From positions 1-64,000 of the IMG/VR virus record IMGVR_UViG_3300017971_000228: a DNA stretch of 64,000 nucleotides; one strand, given 5' to 3'. The notes beneath the pieces were generated by a model. It was not told the origin of the DNA. It ran no database searches and was given only the letters and a program-made list of their open reading frames with translations. Shown here piece after piece: positions 1 to 9,078 of the stretch (positions within the stretch are counted from its first letter, which is position 1; every line of letters begins with the position of its first letter). The DNA is from a virus. The position numbers and the translations under genes were made by a program.

Positions 1-2
1 AC

Positions 3-167
3 AACCTAGGCATGTACCGCATGAGTACATTCAACCCACCAGACCCATGCCTACACCATCCTGAGCTCAAGCTCGATCTCGACACCTACGAAGATTATCA
101 AAGACTGCTGGCCAGCGGGGTGGACATAGACATGACGGCGGCTGAGATTGTGAGGTGCTTCCTATGA
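3..167 (+). CDS. C-terminal fragment of a SpsF/NeuA-like cytidylyltransferase (5'-truncated)
   Basis: Frame 3 reads ...HPELKLDLDTYEDYQRLL...RCFL*, resembling the 'RLTVDTPED' C-terminal motif; stop overlaps neuB start (ATGA). Confidence 0.6.
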   Translation, partial: NLGMYRMSTFNPPDPCLHHPELKLDLDTYEDYQRLLASGVDIDMTAAEIVRCFL

Positions 168-1222
168 CGATCACTGAAGTATTCGACAAGTCCCCATCAT
201 ATCCCCTTCTGCGTCGCCCCTATCTCATCGCTGAGTGCGGCGTGAATCATGAGGGGAGCCTGGATCTGGCGCTGGAGCTGGTGCGGCTAGCAGCGCACGG
301 GGGAGCGGACGCGGTAAAGTTCCAGGCGTACCGCGCTGAGACGCTGGCTGTTACAGACAGTCCCGCATACTGGGACTTGCGTGAAGAACCGACGCTGAGC
401 CAGCGGGAGCTGTTCGCCAAGTACGACTTGTTGGGGGATGACGACTACCGCAGGCTGAAGGAAGAGTGCGACAAGTGCGGCGTGGACTTCCTGTTGACGC
501 CCTTCGATTTGCACTTCATCGAGCTGGCGGGTGAGCTGTGTCTGGCCATCAAGATTGCGTCGGCTGACATCACCTGCAAGCCGCTAGTGGAAGCGGTGGC
601 ACAGCAGGGCAAGCCGATACTTCTGTCCACGGGTGCGGCTACGTCGGAAGAGGTGGAGGACGCTATCGTCTGGACGCATGCCCTGCCGTTGGTACTTAGC
701 CATTGCGTTCTGAACTATCCGACGAAGGACATCAACGCCAACCTGAAGTACATCCCAGCGATGAAGGAGCGGTGGCCACAGTATTGGATGGGGTACTCGG
801 ACCACACTTTGCCGGGGGGCATGGAGGCGCTGGAAGCGGCGTGGTTGCTGGGCGCAGTGGTCTTGGAGAAGCACTTCACCCACGATAAGTACCTACGCGG
901 TAACGACCATTACCACGCCATGGACTGGCACGACATCGAAGACTTCCGCAAGTGGACGGACAGGGTGCTGAGGATGAGCCAGGTGGAGGACTTGACGAGC
1001 CAGGCACCTGCCATCCAGCACGCCAGGAGAAGTTTGGTGACGGCGGGGGTGCTGCCAGCGGGGCACAGGATCGACTACGATGATCTGACTTGGAAGCGTC
1101 CTGGCCACGGCATCAGCCCGAAGTCGGTAGACATCGTGGTGGGGATGATCACGTCGGGTTCGCTGGCAGCGGATCAGGTGCTGCAGTGGGAGAACTTGGT
1201 AATGGAGGTTAAGCATGGATAG
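164..1222 (+). CDS. neuB: N-acetylneuraminate/nonulosonate synthase (NeuB/PseI/SpsE family) with C-terminal SAF domain
   Basis: IAECGVNHEGS, GADAVKFQ, KIASAD, GYSDHT, EKHFT, DHYHAM, RRSLV...KRPGHGISP. Confidence 0.95.
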   Translation: MTITEVFDKSPSYPLLRRPYLIAECGVNHEGSLDLALELVRLAAHGGADAVKFQAYRAETLAVTDSPAYWDLREEPTLSQRELFAKYDLLGDDDYRRLKEECDKCGVDFLLTPFDLHFIELAGELCLAIKIASADITCKPLVEAVAQQGKPILLSTGAATSEEVEDAIVWTHALPLVLSHCVLNYPTKDINANLKYIPAMKERWPQYWMGYSDHTLPGGMEALEAAWLLGAVVLEKHFTHDKYLRGNDHYHAMDWHDIEDFRKWTDRVLRMSQVEDLTSQAPAIQHARRSLVTAGVLPAGHRIDYDDLTWKRPGHGISPKSVDIVVGMITSGSLAADQVLQWENLVMEVKHG

Positions 1223-1415
1223 ACTGCTCTGGATGGCTTTGCACAGCGTGTTCCACATCGTGCTGATGATCGCGTTTCTGAAGCTGCTGGGCAAGGTATT
1301 GGACATGACGATGCTGGAGAAGCGGCAGAAGAAGGCGTGGAGGTGGATGCTGTTCTTGCTGGTGTTTATCTATGGGGTGAGCAAGATGTGGTTTGCGAGA
1401 ATGTGGCTAGTATGA
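1215..1415 (+). CDS. Small membrane protein
   Basis: Two hydrophobic segments; GGAGG RBS; overlaps neighbours. Confidence 0.6.
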   Translation: MDRLLWMALHSVFHIVLMIAFLKLLGKVLDMTMLEKRQKKAWRWMLFLLVFIYGVSKMWFARMWLV

Positions 1416-1426
1416 AAGGAGAAGGA

Positions 1427-1711
1427 ATGTACAGACAGGGTGACTTGCTGATAGTGCCAGTGGAGAAGATACCGGACGATGCGCGGAAGGCTGATGACAC
1501 GGTGCTGGCCTTCGGTGAACAGACGGGCCATACGCACAGGCTGGTCGGCGGCGAGGTGATGCTGACGAAGGATCAGGTCTACTTCACCGTGGCTATCCCG
1601 ACGCCACTGGAGCATGATGAGCATGCGACGCTGGTCATTCCGCCAGGGGACTGGAAGGTAGTACAACAGCGGGAGTACTACGGGGAGAGAGAACGTCCTG
1701 CGTATGACTGA
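1427..1711 (+). CDS. 'MYRQGD' His-rich cupin-like protein, usual partner of DUF6745 proteins
   Basis: MYRQGDLLI...GEQTGHTHRL...LEHDEHATLVIPPGDWKVVQQREY. Confidence 0.75.
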   Translation: MYRQGDLLIVPVEKIPDDARKADDTVLAFGEQTGHTHRLVGGEVMLTKDQVYFTVAIPTPLEHDEHATLVIPPGDWKVVQQREYYGERERPAYD

Positions 1712-2495
1712 AGCCTACGATTGGGTTGCTGAGCACATCATGGGGTTGGAATCTGGTGCTAAGTTCACAGGAACAGAACTGGCGGAACGACTCCGATCCC
1801 ATGATTTCAGCAAGCAATATGGTCCCACTGTTGACGGATTGATTCTGCATCGGGCTGACTGGGTAGGCTCATCAGGTTACTGGGACATGCGCGGCAGTTC
1901 ATGTTTCAATGGTGTCAGACTTGAGTTTGTTTGTGAACATATCAGATCCTGGGCGGCTCAGCATGTGACTCTGAGTCAACGAAGGACTGATGGGACTGAT
2001 GATGTTCGCCTCTGCCACGAATGTCACTTTTGGCAGAACTCCACTGATTCAGAGGGGAACAGTTACTGGCGATGTCATTGGCTCGCACAAGGCACCAGAA
2101 GGCCCCGAAGTTGGTGGGCTGCCCAGACACCAGACGGGGTACGTTCATGGGCAACTACGGAGGATACGCCTGGGTGTAGCGAGTGGCAGGGTCGTGGACT
2201 GCACGGCATCATCAATCAGATTGGCCAGAGATGGCACCGGCAAGACAGATCTGATCCCAGAGTTGTTGTCCGTGATCCGGATCGCAGACGAGAGTGGGGC
2301 GTGTTGGACTACAAGAAAGACTATATCCTGCTTGGCGTTAGAGGCTGGCGTCTGTTGGTCGCCAGGGATCCCAATGCTGGTGGTGGATGGCATGTTCTTC
2401 GGGTTCCACCGAATATGGAGACGGTAGAAGAAGCCCATGCATGGACCTTCGACATCAGCACAGATGATTATCACAAGATCAAGGAGCAGTCATAG
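1704..2495 (+). CDS. Cys/His-rich protein with DUF6745-like C-terminal module
   Basis: C-terminus WHVLRVPPNMETVEEAHAWTFDISTDDY; CHEC/RCH/GC motifs. Confidence 0.6.
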   Translation: MTEAYDWVAEHIMGLESGAKFTGTELAERLRSHDFSKQYGPTVDGLILHRADWVGSSGYWDMRGSSCFNGVRLEFVCEHIRSWAAQHVTLSQRRTDGTDDVRLCHECHFWQNSTDSEGNSYWRCHWLAQGTRRPRSWWAAQTPDGVRSWATTEDTPGCSEWQGRGLHGIINQIGQRWHRQDRSDPRVVVRDPDRRREWGVLDYKKDYILLGVRGWRLLVARDPNAGGGWHVLRVPPNMETVEEAHAWTFDISTDDYHKIKEQS

Positions 2496-2909
2496 GTGGT
2501 TACAAAGTGCTATAGCTGCAGTCACTATGGCCACATGGTGTATCCGCTGGCAGGTGGAGAGAAGTGGGATTGGGTATGTAACCTTTGGAAACATCCGAAC
2601 GGCCCAGAGGGTAGTTGCGAATGGCACAGTCGCAATGCAGATGCGCAATCTGCCCCTGTGACACAATCTGATCCGCGCGAAGTTCGGGAAGATCCTGAAA
2701 GACGCAGGCAGTGGGGAATCATAGATCATGATGAAGATTACATTCTCATGAGAGATATGGATCGGAGGTTCTTGCTGGCCAGAGACCCGCATCCGGCCCG
2801 GGAATGGCATGTCCTTCGCGTTCCGGCTGATATGCTAACGGTAGAGGAAGCCCATGCTTGGACGTTCGGTCTGGCAGAAGATGAGTATAGGGTAGAACGA
2901 GAGTCATGA
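2496..2909 (+). CDS. Paralogue of the preceding gene: Cys-rich N-terminus plus DUF6745-like C-terminal module
   Basis: SDPREVREDPERRRQWG...WHVLRVPADMLTVEEAHAWTFGL aligns with the C-terminal half of 1704-2495. Confidence 0.6.
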   Translation: MVTKCYSCSHYGHMVYPLAGGEKWDWVCNLWKHPNGPEGSCEWHSRNADAQSAPVTQSDPREVREDPERRRQWGIIDHDEDYILMRDMDRRFLLARDPHPAREWHVLRVPADMLTVEEAHAWTFGLAEDEYRVERES

Positions 2910-3988
2910 TTGATGAACTTCGCTCCTACATGGAACGCCTCTTCCCGCTGCCTCGCTACCTGACAGGCGAGCCCAACCGAGAGACGCTGCGGATCCTGCG
3001 CGAGATTGTGCCGTTGACCATGATAGAGTACCCCTCGGGCATGCAGCTCTACGACAAGTGGGTCGTGCCAGATGAATGGCAGTGGGGCGCCAGACCGCTG
3101 CCACATGAGCAGATTCTGGGAGACGACGGGCGCCTGGACTTGAGCAAGCACGACGGTCAGTTCGTCAAGGGGGGAATGACGGTTGGCGAGTACCGACTGA
3201 AGGGCAAGTATCCACAGGAGTATCTCGTCTCCACCTACATTTGCCACCCATCCACGGCCAACGACAACCTGAGCGGCATGGTGCTGACGGCATTCCTGGC
3301 GCGGGAATTATCAAAGCTGGAGTTGAACTATTCGTGGCGGTTCATCTGGGTGCCGGAGACCATCGGGGCCATAGCTTACTTGCACGAGAACGAAGCGGAG
3401 ATGCAGGCCATAGACTGCGGGCTGGTGGTGACGTGCGTGGCGGGGCCGGGGGAGATTGGGTGGAAGATGTCCTTTGAGCCAGGACACAGGCTCAACAACA
3501 TTGTCACTACTGTCGTGGATACGTGGGCGGGGGGAGATACCCGCTATCCCTATGACACCGACGGCTCTGACGAACGTCAGTACAGCAAGCCAGGATTCGG
3601 GATCAACTGCTGCTCCATTCATTCAGGCAAGTACTATGAGTATTCCCAGTATCATACCAAGGCCGATGATCTGAGCTTTATCAGCTACGAACGAATGGTG
3701 AGGATGCGGGATATTTATTTGCGTGTGTGCTTGGTCATGGACCTAGATTTGGTTTACCTAAACTTGCAGCCGATGTGCGAGCCGAAGCTGGGGGAACGGG
3801 GGCTGTACGGAGACGACACCGTAGACGCAACGCTGGCGCTGTGCCAGTGGGCGGATGGAACGAGGCCGTTGTCTGTCATAGCACGGGATACGGGGATAGG
3901 GTTTGACAAGCTACATGGAGCGGCGAAACGGATGGTGAGATTGGGATTGCTGAAGGAGGGGGCGGTATGCAAACATACGTTGAGATGA
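2906..3988 (+). CDS. DUF4910 / M28 aminopeptidase-like polysaccharide-biosynthesis protein with C-terminal winged helix
   Basis: LFPLPRYLTG, STYICHPSTANDNLSG, VPETIGAI, GSDERQY, YHTKADDL, CEPKLGERGLY. Confidence 0.88.
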   Translation: MIDELRSYMERLFPLPRYLTGEPNRETLRILREIVPLTMIEYPSGMQLYDKWVVPDEWQWGARPLPHEQILGDDGRLDLSKHDGQFVKGGMTVGEYRLKGKYPQEYLVSTYICHPSTANDNLSGMVLTAFLARELSKLELNYSWRFIWVPETIGAIAYLHENEAEMQAIDCGLVVTCVAGPGEIGWKMSFEPGHRLNNIVTTVVDTWAGGDTRYPYDTDGSDERQYSKPGFGINCCSIHSGKYYEYSQYHTKADDLSFISYERMVRMRDIYLRVCLVMDLDLVYLNLQPMCEPKLGERGLYGDDTVDATLALCQWADGTRPLSVIARDTGIGFDKLHGAAKRMVRLGLLKEGAVCKHTLR

Positions 3989-4269
3989 GGTATAGACCGC
4001 CTGGGAAACCGACATCTCCTGGCAAGATCATTCGAGATGAGTTGAAAGCCAGGGGGTGGACGCAGAAGTATCTCGCTAAACTGATGGGCAGGCCAGAGCA
4101 AGCTGTGAGTGAGATCGTCAATGCCAAGAAACGGATCACTCCAGAGACTGCAGTCCAGCTAGGGGAGGCATTCGGGACATCAGCACTGTTTTGGGCAAAC
4201 CTGGAGACTCGTTATCGCATGGATCTCTTAGCAGAGTACGAAAGGGCACATGCCCAAGACAGCCATTGA
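3967..4269 (+). CDS. higA: HigA-family antitoxin / XRE HTH (orphan)
   Basis: SPGKIIRDELKARGWTQKYLAKLMG...SEIVNAKKRITPETAVQLGEAFGTSALFWANL. Confidence 0.85.
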   Translation: MQTYVEMRYRPPGKPTSPGKIIRDELKARGWTQKYLAKLMGRPEQAVSEIVNAKKRITPETAVQLGEAFGTSALFWANLETRYRMDLLAEYERAHAQDSH

Positions 4270-5380
4270 CCTACTAGCGGACCAGCACCAACGCTCGCAC
4301 GGCATCCTCACCGGCTCCGGCACGTCTGCGCTCATATTGTCATTGTGGGCCCTGGGGCTGAGGGGCAAGACCGTCGCCATTCCCAACGGGGTATGCTATT
4401 CGGTGCCGATGGCGGTGTATCTGTCGGGGAACAAGCCGATGTATGTGGATCTGGACTTAGACACACTGAGCCTGGGCATCACCGAGTTTGAGAAGTGGCG
4501 AAGTTACGATGCCGTAATTGCGGTTCACAATTATGGGGCGCGGTGCCACATCGAAGCTCTGAACAGGTTCTGCGCAGATCACAAGGTGCCCCTTATCGAG
4601 GACTGCTGCGTTTCGCTGGGTGCCAAGGACATAGGCCATTGGGGCGACTTGTCGGTATTCAGCTTTGGCAGCGGCAAGATCCTGGACGCGGGTGGAGGCG
4701 GCGCGATTCTCGGGGATGACGCCAGGCTGCTCCAGACAGCGCACTTGCTCCAGCAGAGCTTTGGCCCACGGGACGGGATGTTCAACGCAGAGGCTGCGCT
4801 GTCCATGGCGCACACGGCGCTATACAACCAGCATTACGCTACATCCCGACGTAAGTTAGTGGTATTCAAGTCAATGGTGGATCTGATGGGACCAAGGACG
4901 CTATGGAGTCCGGGATTCATGCAGCAGCATGGCATTCTCTACGACCTGCTACCCAAGCTCTGGCATATCGTCGGGGAACGCGAACGCAAGTGGCAGTACC
5001 TGCATGATGAGCTGAAGGACGTGGTGGACATTTTCATTCCGCCCGAAGGCTCAGTTCATTGGCGCTTCAACTGCTTCATCGAGAAGGATCGCGACGGGCT
5101 GATGCATCATCTGCAAGCCAAGGGTTACAACGCCAGTTCGTGGCATGCGCCAGGGGATCTGTTTTTTGAGCAGGGTTCGAGATGCGGCAGTTTTGATTGG
5201 TTAGACCAGATGTTGGTTGAGAAACCCAACTACAATGATGCGTGGGCATATTGGCCCGTCACCGACTGGGTAGCAGATCACATTCTCAATCTGTGGGTGG
5301 ATCAGGCAGCGGATGAAGACTATCTGAAGGGGGTGGTGAAGGAGGTGAGGGGGTGGCACGCAACTACGACCAGCTCGTAG
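4250..5380 (+). CDS. DegT/DnrJ/EryC1/StrS family PLP-dependent sugar aminotransferase
   Basis: SGTSALILSL, VHNYG, LIEDCC, FSFGSGKILDAGGGG. Confidence 0.88.
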   Translation: MPKTAIDLLADQHQRSHGILTGSGTSALILSLWALGLRGKTVAIPNGVCYSVPMAVYLSGNKPMYVDLDLDTLSLGITEFEKWRSYDAVIAVHNYGARCHIEALNRFCADHKVPLIEDCCVSLGAKDIGHWGDLSVFSFGSGKILDAGGGGAILGDDARLLQTAHLLQQSFGPRDGMFNAEAALSMAHTALYNQHYATSRRKLVVFKSMVDLMGPRTLWSPGFMQQHGILYDLLPKLWHIVGERERKWQYLHDELKDVVDIFIPPEGSVHWRFNCFIEKDRDGLMHHLQAKGYNASSWHAPGDLFFEQGSRCGSFDWLDQMLVEKPNYNDAWAYWPVTDWVADHILNLWVDQAADEDYLKGVVKEVRGWHATTTSS

Positions 5381-5550
5381 ATCAAGAGACCTTCGCCGCC
5401 TGTGACTTCTTCCGTCTGCTGAAGGGCTGTGATACGAGGGGCCAATGGGAGCGGATGGACTTGGGGGAAGTCAGGGATGCGTTGGATCGGTGGATTGAGG
5501 CGAGGGAGGAGGTGGAGGGGTGGTCAAAGCAAGAACACTTGGGAAGCTGA
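5353..5550 (+). CDS. Hypothetical protein
   Basis: Packed ORF with GGAGG RBS. Confidence 0.45.
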   Translation: MARNYDQLVDQETFAACDFFRLLKGCDTRGQWERMDLGEVRDALDRWIEAREEVEGWSKQEHLGS

Positions 5551-5714
5551 GCGGTGTAGTTACGAAGATCAAGGAGATGCAATCCAGTGTTTGGGAGATG
5601 AAGGACACTATTGACAGCTTTGAGATGAAGCTGGAACTGGTAGGAGTGCATGAAAGACTGCAAAACGTGAAGGGAAAACTACTTGAGGTAATGGGCCTGA
5701 TAGAGCATGGCTAG
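5520..5714 (+). CDS. Hypothetical coiled-coil protein
   Basis: Packed ORF, helical pattern. Confidence 0.5.
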   Translation: MVKARTLGKLSGVVTKIKEMQSSVWEMKDTIDSFEMKLELVGVHERLQNVKGKLLEVMGLIEHG

Positions 5715-6024
5715 ATACTCCCTAAAGGATATTCCAATAGATGGCGTAGCAGTAACCGGCATAGCGCCCAAAGTACTCATCTACAAAGATTGCCGTCCTG
5801 GAGGTACTGCGACAGGCCAGTATGCCTATTGCGAGGGTTCACAGAAGTGGACGCTCTGGGACGAATGGATACGCATTCCGTACTTTCGCTTGCCAGGAGG
5901 TGAAATCATCTGGGGGCATCAGTGTTGGTGGACACTAGCTGACGGGACTGAAGGAACCGTGGAGGAAGAACAGGCCGCTTTGGAAGAACGCCTAGCAGAA
6001 ATGCGCGGGATGTTTCAGCCATGA
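5707..6024 (+). CDS. Hypothetical protein
   Basis: Overlaps both neighbours; GEIIWGHQCWW motif. Confidence 0.6.
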   Translation: MARYSLKDIPIDGVAVTGIAPKVLIYKDCRPGGTATGQYAYCEGSQKWTLWDEWIRIPYFRLPGGEIIWGHQCWWTLADGTEGTVEEEQAALEERLAEMRGMFQP

Positions 6025-6986
6025 GTTCGCGGTACTCCCTAGACCGAGTTCCCCTGGACAACGCCTGGGACGAGTTCGTTCAATCGTCTCCCGATCGCAC
6101 CATCTTCGCCCGCAAGCCTTACTTGGAAGGCGTGGGCGCTCAGCTCGGGACGTGGTTTTGCACCAAGGGGGAGCAGATCAAGGCAGCGTTCTTCGGTGTA
6201 GAGGGGGCGCATGGGCTAGAGGAAGATGACTTGGTGATCTATTCAGGCGTCCTTCACCAGAAGCCCGAGCCGGACCAGAATATCTCCCAAGCACGGTCTG
6301 ACAGGTTCAAGGTGATGGAGTTCATCGCGGCGGAGCTGCCCAAGACCTACAAAGTGATGGATTTTCAATTCAACACCAGCATCGTAGACATGCGTCCTTG
6401 GCTCTGGCATAACTATCACGAAGGCCCAAGGTATCAGGTGGAGGCGCGGTATACGAGCTACTTTGCGATTGGGCAGTATGGGTGGGGAGAGGAGGGTTCC
6501 AAGAGAGCGGGTGAGCAGATGAGCCAGAGCCGCCGGCAGCAGATCGCCTACGCGCAGCGGGACGGGATCAAGGTCATCCATACGAAGCCCTGCATAGACG
6601 CCTTCCTGAACTGGTACGGGCATACGGTAGAGGGGACGGATGCCTGGTTCGTATCACGCCTTCGGCACCTGCTGATTCATCTGGACAAGGTGAATCTGAC
6701 ACGGTGGTATGTGGCCCTGTCGCCGATGGGTGAGGGCAGGGCCTTGGCGGTCTTTGGTGTGGACGGGGGAAGGGCCTACTATCTCTGGGGAGCACGCCAG
6801 CCGGATCACAAGGACAGTCCGGCGGGCACGGAGGTGGTCTGGGAAGCGATGGTGGATCTGGCGAATCAGGGGATTCCGTGGACGGATTTGGAAGGCGTGA
6901 ACAGTCCGCGACGCGGATGGTTCAAGCTATCCTTTGGCGGAAGCCTGATTCCCTATTTCAGAGTGAGGTATGACGCATGCGTCTGA
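6021..6986 (+). CDS. GNAT/FemAB-like N-acyltransferase
   Basis: WDEFV, DMRPWLW, RAYYLWGA, DLEGVNSPRRGWFKLSFGG. Confidence 0.85.
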   Translation: MSSRYSLDRVPLDNAWDEFVQSSPDRTIFARKPYLEGVGAQLGTWFCTKGEQIKAAFFGVEGAHGLEEDDLVIYSGVLHQKPEPDQNISQARSDRFKVMEFIAAELPKTYKVMDFQFNTSIVDMRPWLWHNYHEGPRYQVEARYTSYFAIGQYGWGEEGSKRAGEQMSQSRRQQIAYAQRDGIKVIHTKPCIDAFLNWYGHTVEGTDAWFVSRLRHLLIHLDKVNLTRWYVALSPMGEGRALAVFGVDGGRAYYLWGARQPDHKDSPAGTEVVWEAMVDLANQGIPWTDLEGVNSPRRGWFKLSFGGSLIPYFRVRYDACV

Positions 6987-7174
6987 TGTGGGAGGTAACT
7001 GATTGGGAAAGATACAACTATCACCATGAATGGCCCTGGTGGGTACGTCGTTGTGATTACAACCCTGTGCGGAGAAGCGTTCTGTTTGCCAGCATGCCTG
7101 TTGCTTTGATCTGGCGGTTCACGCGATGGGTGCAACGTAGACTGTATAATTCAAGGGAGAATACTTGCGCGTAA
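6977..7174 (+). CDS. Hypothetical protein
   Basis: Packed ORF. Confidence 0.45.
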   Translation: MRLMWEVTDWERYNYHHEWPWWVRRCDYNPVRRSVLFASMPVALIWRFTRWVQRRLYNSRENTCA

Positions 7175-7377
7175 AGACTCGGGAATTTGAGGGCCAGCTA
7201 TGGATGCCGACAGGGCTTAAGTGTCCTGACTGTGGTATGGAGATGTGGGTTCAGGTTGATCCTGACTGTACTGAGCCAGGTGGGTGTCTGGAATGTGGGT
7301 ATCGCGGATGGAAGCATGGAGGATTCATGCCGAGCACTGAGGAGATGGTGGAGGAGTTTCTGAAATCATGCAAATAG
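7165..7377 (+). CDS. Small zinc-ribbon protein
   Basis: CPDC...CLEC. Confidence 0.55.
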   Translation: MRVKTREFEGQLWMPTGLKCPDCGMEMWVQVDPDCTEPGGCLECGYRGWKHGGFMPSTEEMVEEFLKSCK

Positions 7378-7850
7378 CACGACGCCAGTTCCTGAAGATG
7401 ATGGGGGCCTTCGGCGCATCATTGGCGGCTGAAGGCTTGGCACCCAAGGGGATTATCAAGCCAGCGGAGCTGGTGCTGCCCAAGGAGCCAACGGTGGTGG
7501 GGCCTATGCCAAGGAAAGGTGGTGGCATATCCAACTTCGTTGAGATAGGCTTGGCTGGGCATACAATCACAATAGAGAATCCCCTCATTACGGATTACAC
7601 AGTTGACGGAACTTTGTTGTACGTTGATCGGCCGTCGTATGCGACTGTGAACATAACGATGTTGGTAGATGGTGTAGCGTTATCTCTTGTAGATAACTGG
7701 GTCGCCACCAATATGCACGGCAAGGGGGGTATTCTTCGCATTCCACAGTATGCAGCAGAATGGCTCTGTGTTTTCTGTGGTTCGCCGCAACCGATGATTC
7801 GGACGCACTGCTCTCAGTGCGGAGGAGCTAGAGATTGGGTGGTAGAATAG
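7368..7850 (+). CDS. Twin-arginine signal-bearing protein with C-terminal zinc ribbon
   Basis: MQIARRQFLKMMGAFGASLAA; CVFC...CSQC. Confidence 0.7.
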   Translation: MQIARRQFLKMMGAFGASLAAEGLAPKGIIKPAELVLPKEPTVVGPMPRKGGGISNFVEIGLAGHTITIENPLITDYTVDGTLLYVDRPSYATVNITMLVDGVALSLVDNWVATNMHGKGGILRIPQYAAEWLCVFCGSPQPMIRTHCSQCGGARDWVVE

Positions 7851-7866
7851 ACAGAAAGGGATAACG

Positions 7867-8031
7867 ATGGATGCTCAAACTTCAGAGGTTACAATCACTA
7901 AGGCCAAAGGGGGCTACGTAATTGATCCGCTGACTGGCAAGCTAGAAGTCTATACTAATCCCGTGGTGGCCTTGGATCAGATCAGGGTGTTACTTGACAT
8001 GAGTGGGGTTGAAGTTAGGGAGAAAGAGTGA
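7867..8031 (+). CDS. Hypothetical 54-aa protein (not in ORF track)
   Basis: MDAQTSEVTITKAKGGYVIDP...VREKE*; AAGGGA RBS; stop overlaps the next start (GTGA). Confidence 0.55.
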   Translation: MDAQTSEVTITKAKGGYVIDPLTGKLEVYTNPVVALDQIRVLLDMSGVEVREKE

Positions 8032-8846
8032 CGCTCCCCATCACCGTCGCCGTCTGCACCAAGAACGCCGAGTCCTACATCGAACGCTGCCTGGAAGCGG
8101 TGATCGCCAATCAGCCAGCGCAGATCATCGTCGTGGACGCCTGCTCCGGCGACAAGACCTGGCACATCATCAAGGACTGGCCGGGGATCTTTCCCGTCGC
8201 CAAGTACGGAGTCGGGTTAGCGTCGCAGCGGCAGATCGCCTTGAGCTACACCAACCAGCCCTACTACGCAGCCGTGGACTGCTTCCACATCCTCTACCAA
8301 CGCTGCTTGCTGGACTTGATGCGCGAGATGGACTGGTACGGGTTCCAGGCCATCCAGGCCAGGGAGTGGCAGGTGCCCAGCGAGAACTGGTGGACCAACG
8401 CCCGCGCCAGTGCGAACTACGACATCACCACCATGCCGCACGTCGAGGAGACCAACATGGTGGGCAGGCCGGCGCTGTACCGAACCAAGGCACTGAGGGC
8501 CATTGGGGGCTTCGATAGCAAGTTCGACTTCGTGGGCGATGAAGACACGGACGTCAGTATCCGCATGGAGATGGCGGGCTATCGCATGGGGCACGGGACG
8601 GGCATCGCCAAGCGGCTCGACGAGCTGGATTATCATTCGGCCATGCGGAAGTTCGTCAAGTACGGACGAGGCGACGCCAGGATCGTTCGCAAGTACCCAC
8701 GGAAGCGATTGGCGATCATCCGGCACCAGCTGTGGACGTATCCCTGGAGGCGGGGGCTGAAGCATCTGGAGTATTGGCCCTACTACGCATTGTGCGGGTG
8801 GGTGAGGTTTGGAGCGATGATGAAGGAGTTGACACGTGGCGAATGA
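8028..8846 (+). CDS. Glycosyltransferase family 2
   Basis: ITVAVCTKNAESYIERCL, IIVVDACSGDKT, GGFD, EDTDVSIR. Confidence 0.9.
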   Translation: MTLPITVAVCTKNAESYIERCLEAVIANQPAQIIVVDACSGDKTWHIIKDWPGIFPVAKYGVGLASQRQIALSYTNQPYYAAVDCFHILYQRCLLDLMREMDWYGFQAIQAREWQVPSENWWTNARASANYDITTMPHVEETNMVGRPALYRTKALRAIGGFDSKFDFVGDEDTDVSIRMEMAGYRMGHGTGIAKRLDELDYHSAMRKFVKYGRGDARIVRKYPRKRLAIIRHQLWTYPWRRGLKHLEYWPYYALCGWVRFGAMMKELTRGE

Positions 8847-9078
8847 TCGGCTCTGGCTAGAGTGCAAAAAGTGCCATGAACGGATCATGCTCTACAAGTA
8901 CTATCCGAGTGGCGGTTACGTTCCGATTGATTCGATTCACAGCATCGGCGAGTTCATTCGCTATCATGCCCTGAATTGCTCAGGCGATGGATTGGACTTG
9001 GGTAGACCAGAAGATTGGCTTGGATTGGTGTCAGACTTGAAGGAGTACTGGGAGGGCTATGATGGGCGCGTGGTATGA
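8836..9078 (+). CDS. Hypothetical Cys/His protein
   Basis: CKKC...H...C; packed ORF. Confidence 0.55.
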   Translation: MANDRLWLECKKCHERIMLYKYYPSGGYVPIDSIHSIGEFIRYHALNCSGDGLDLGRPEDWLGLVSDLKEYWEGYDGRVV

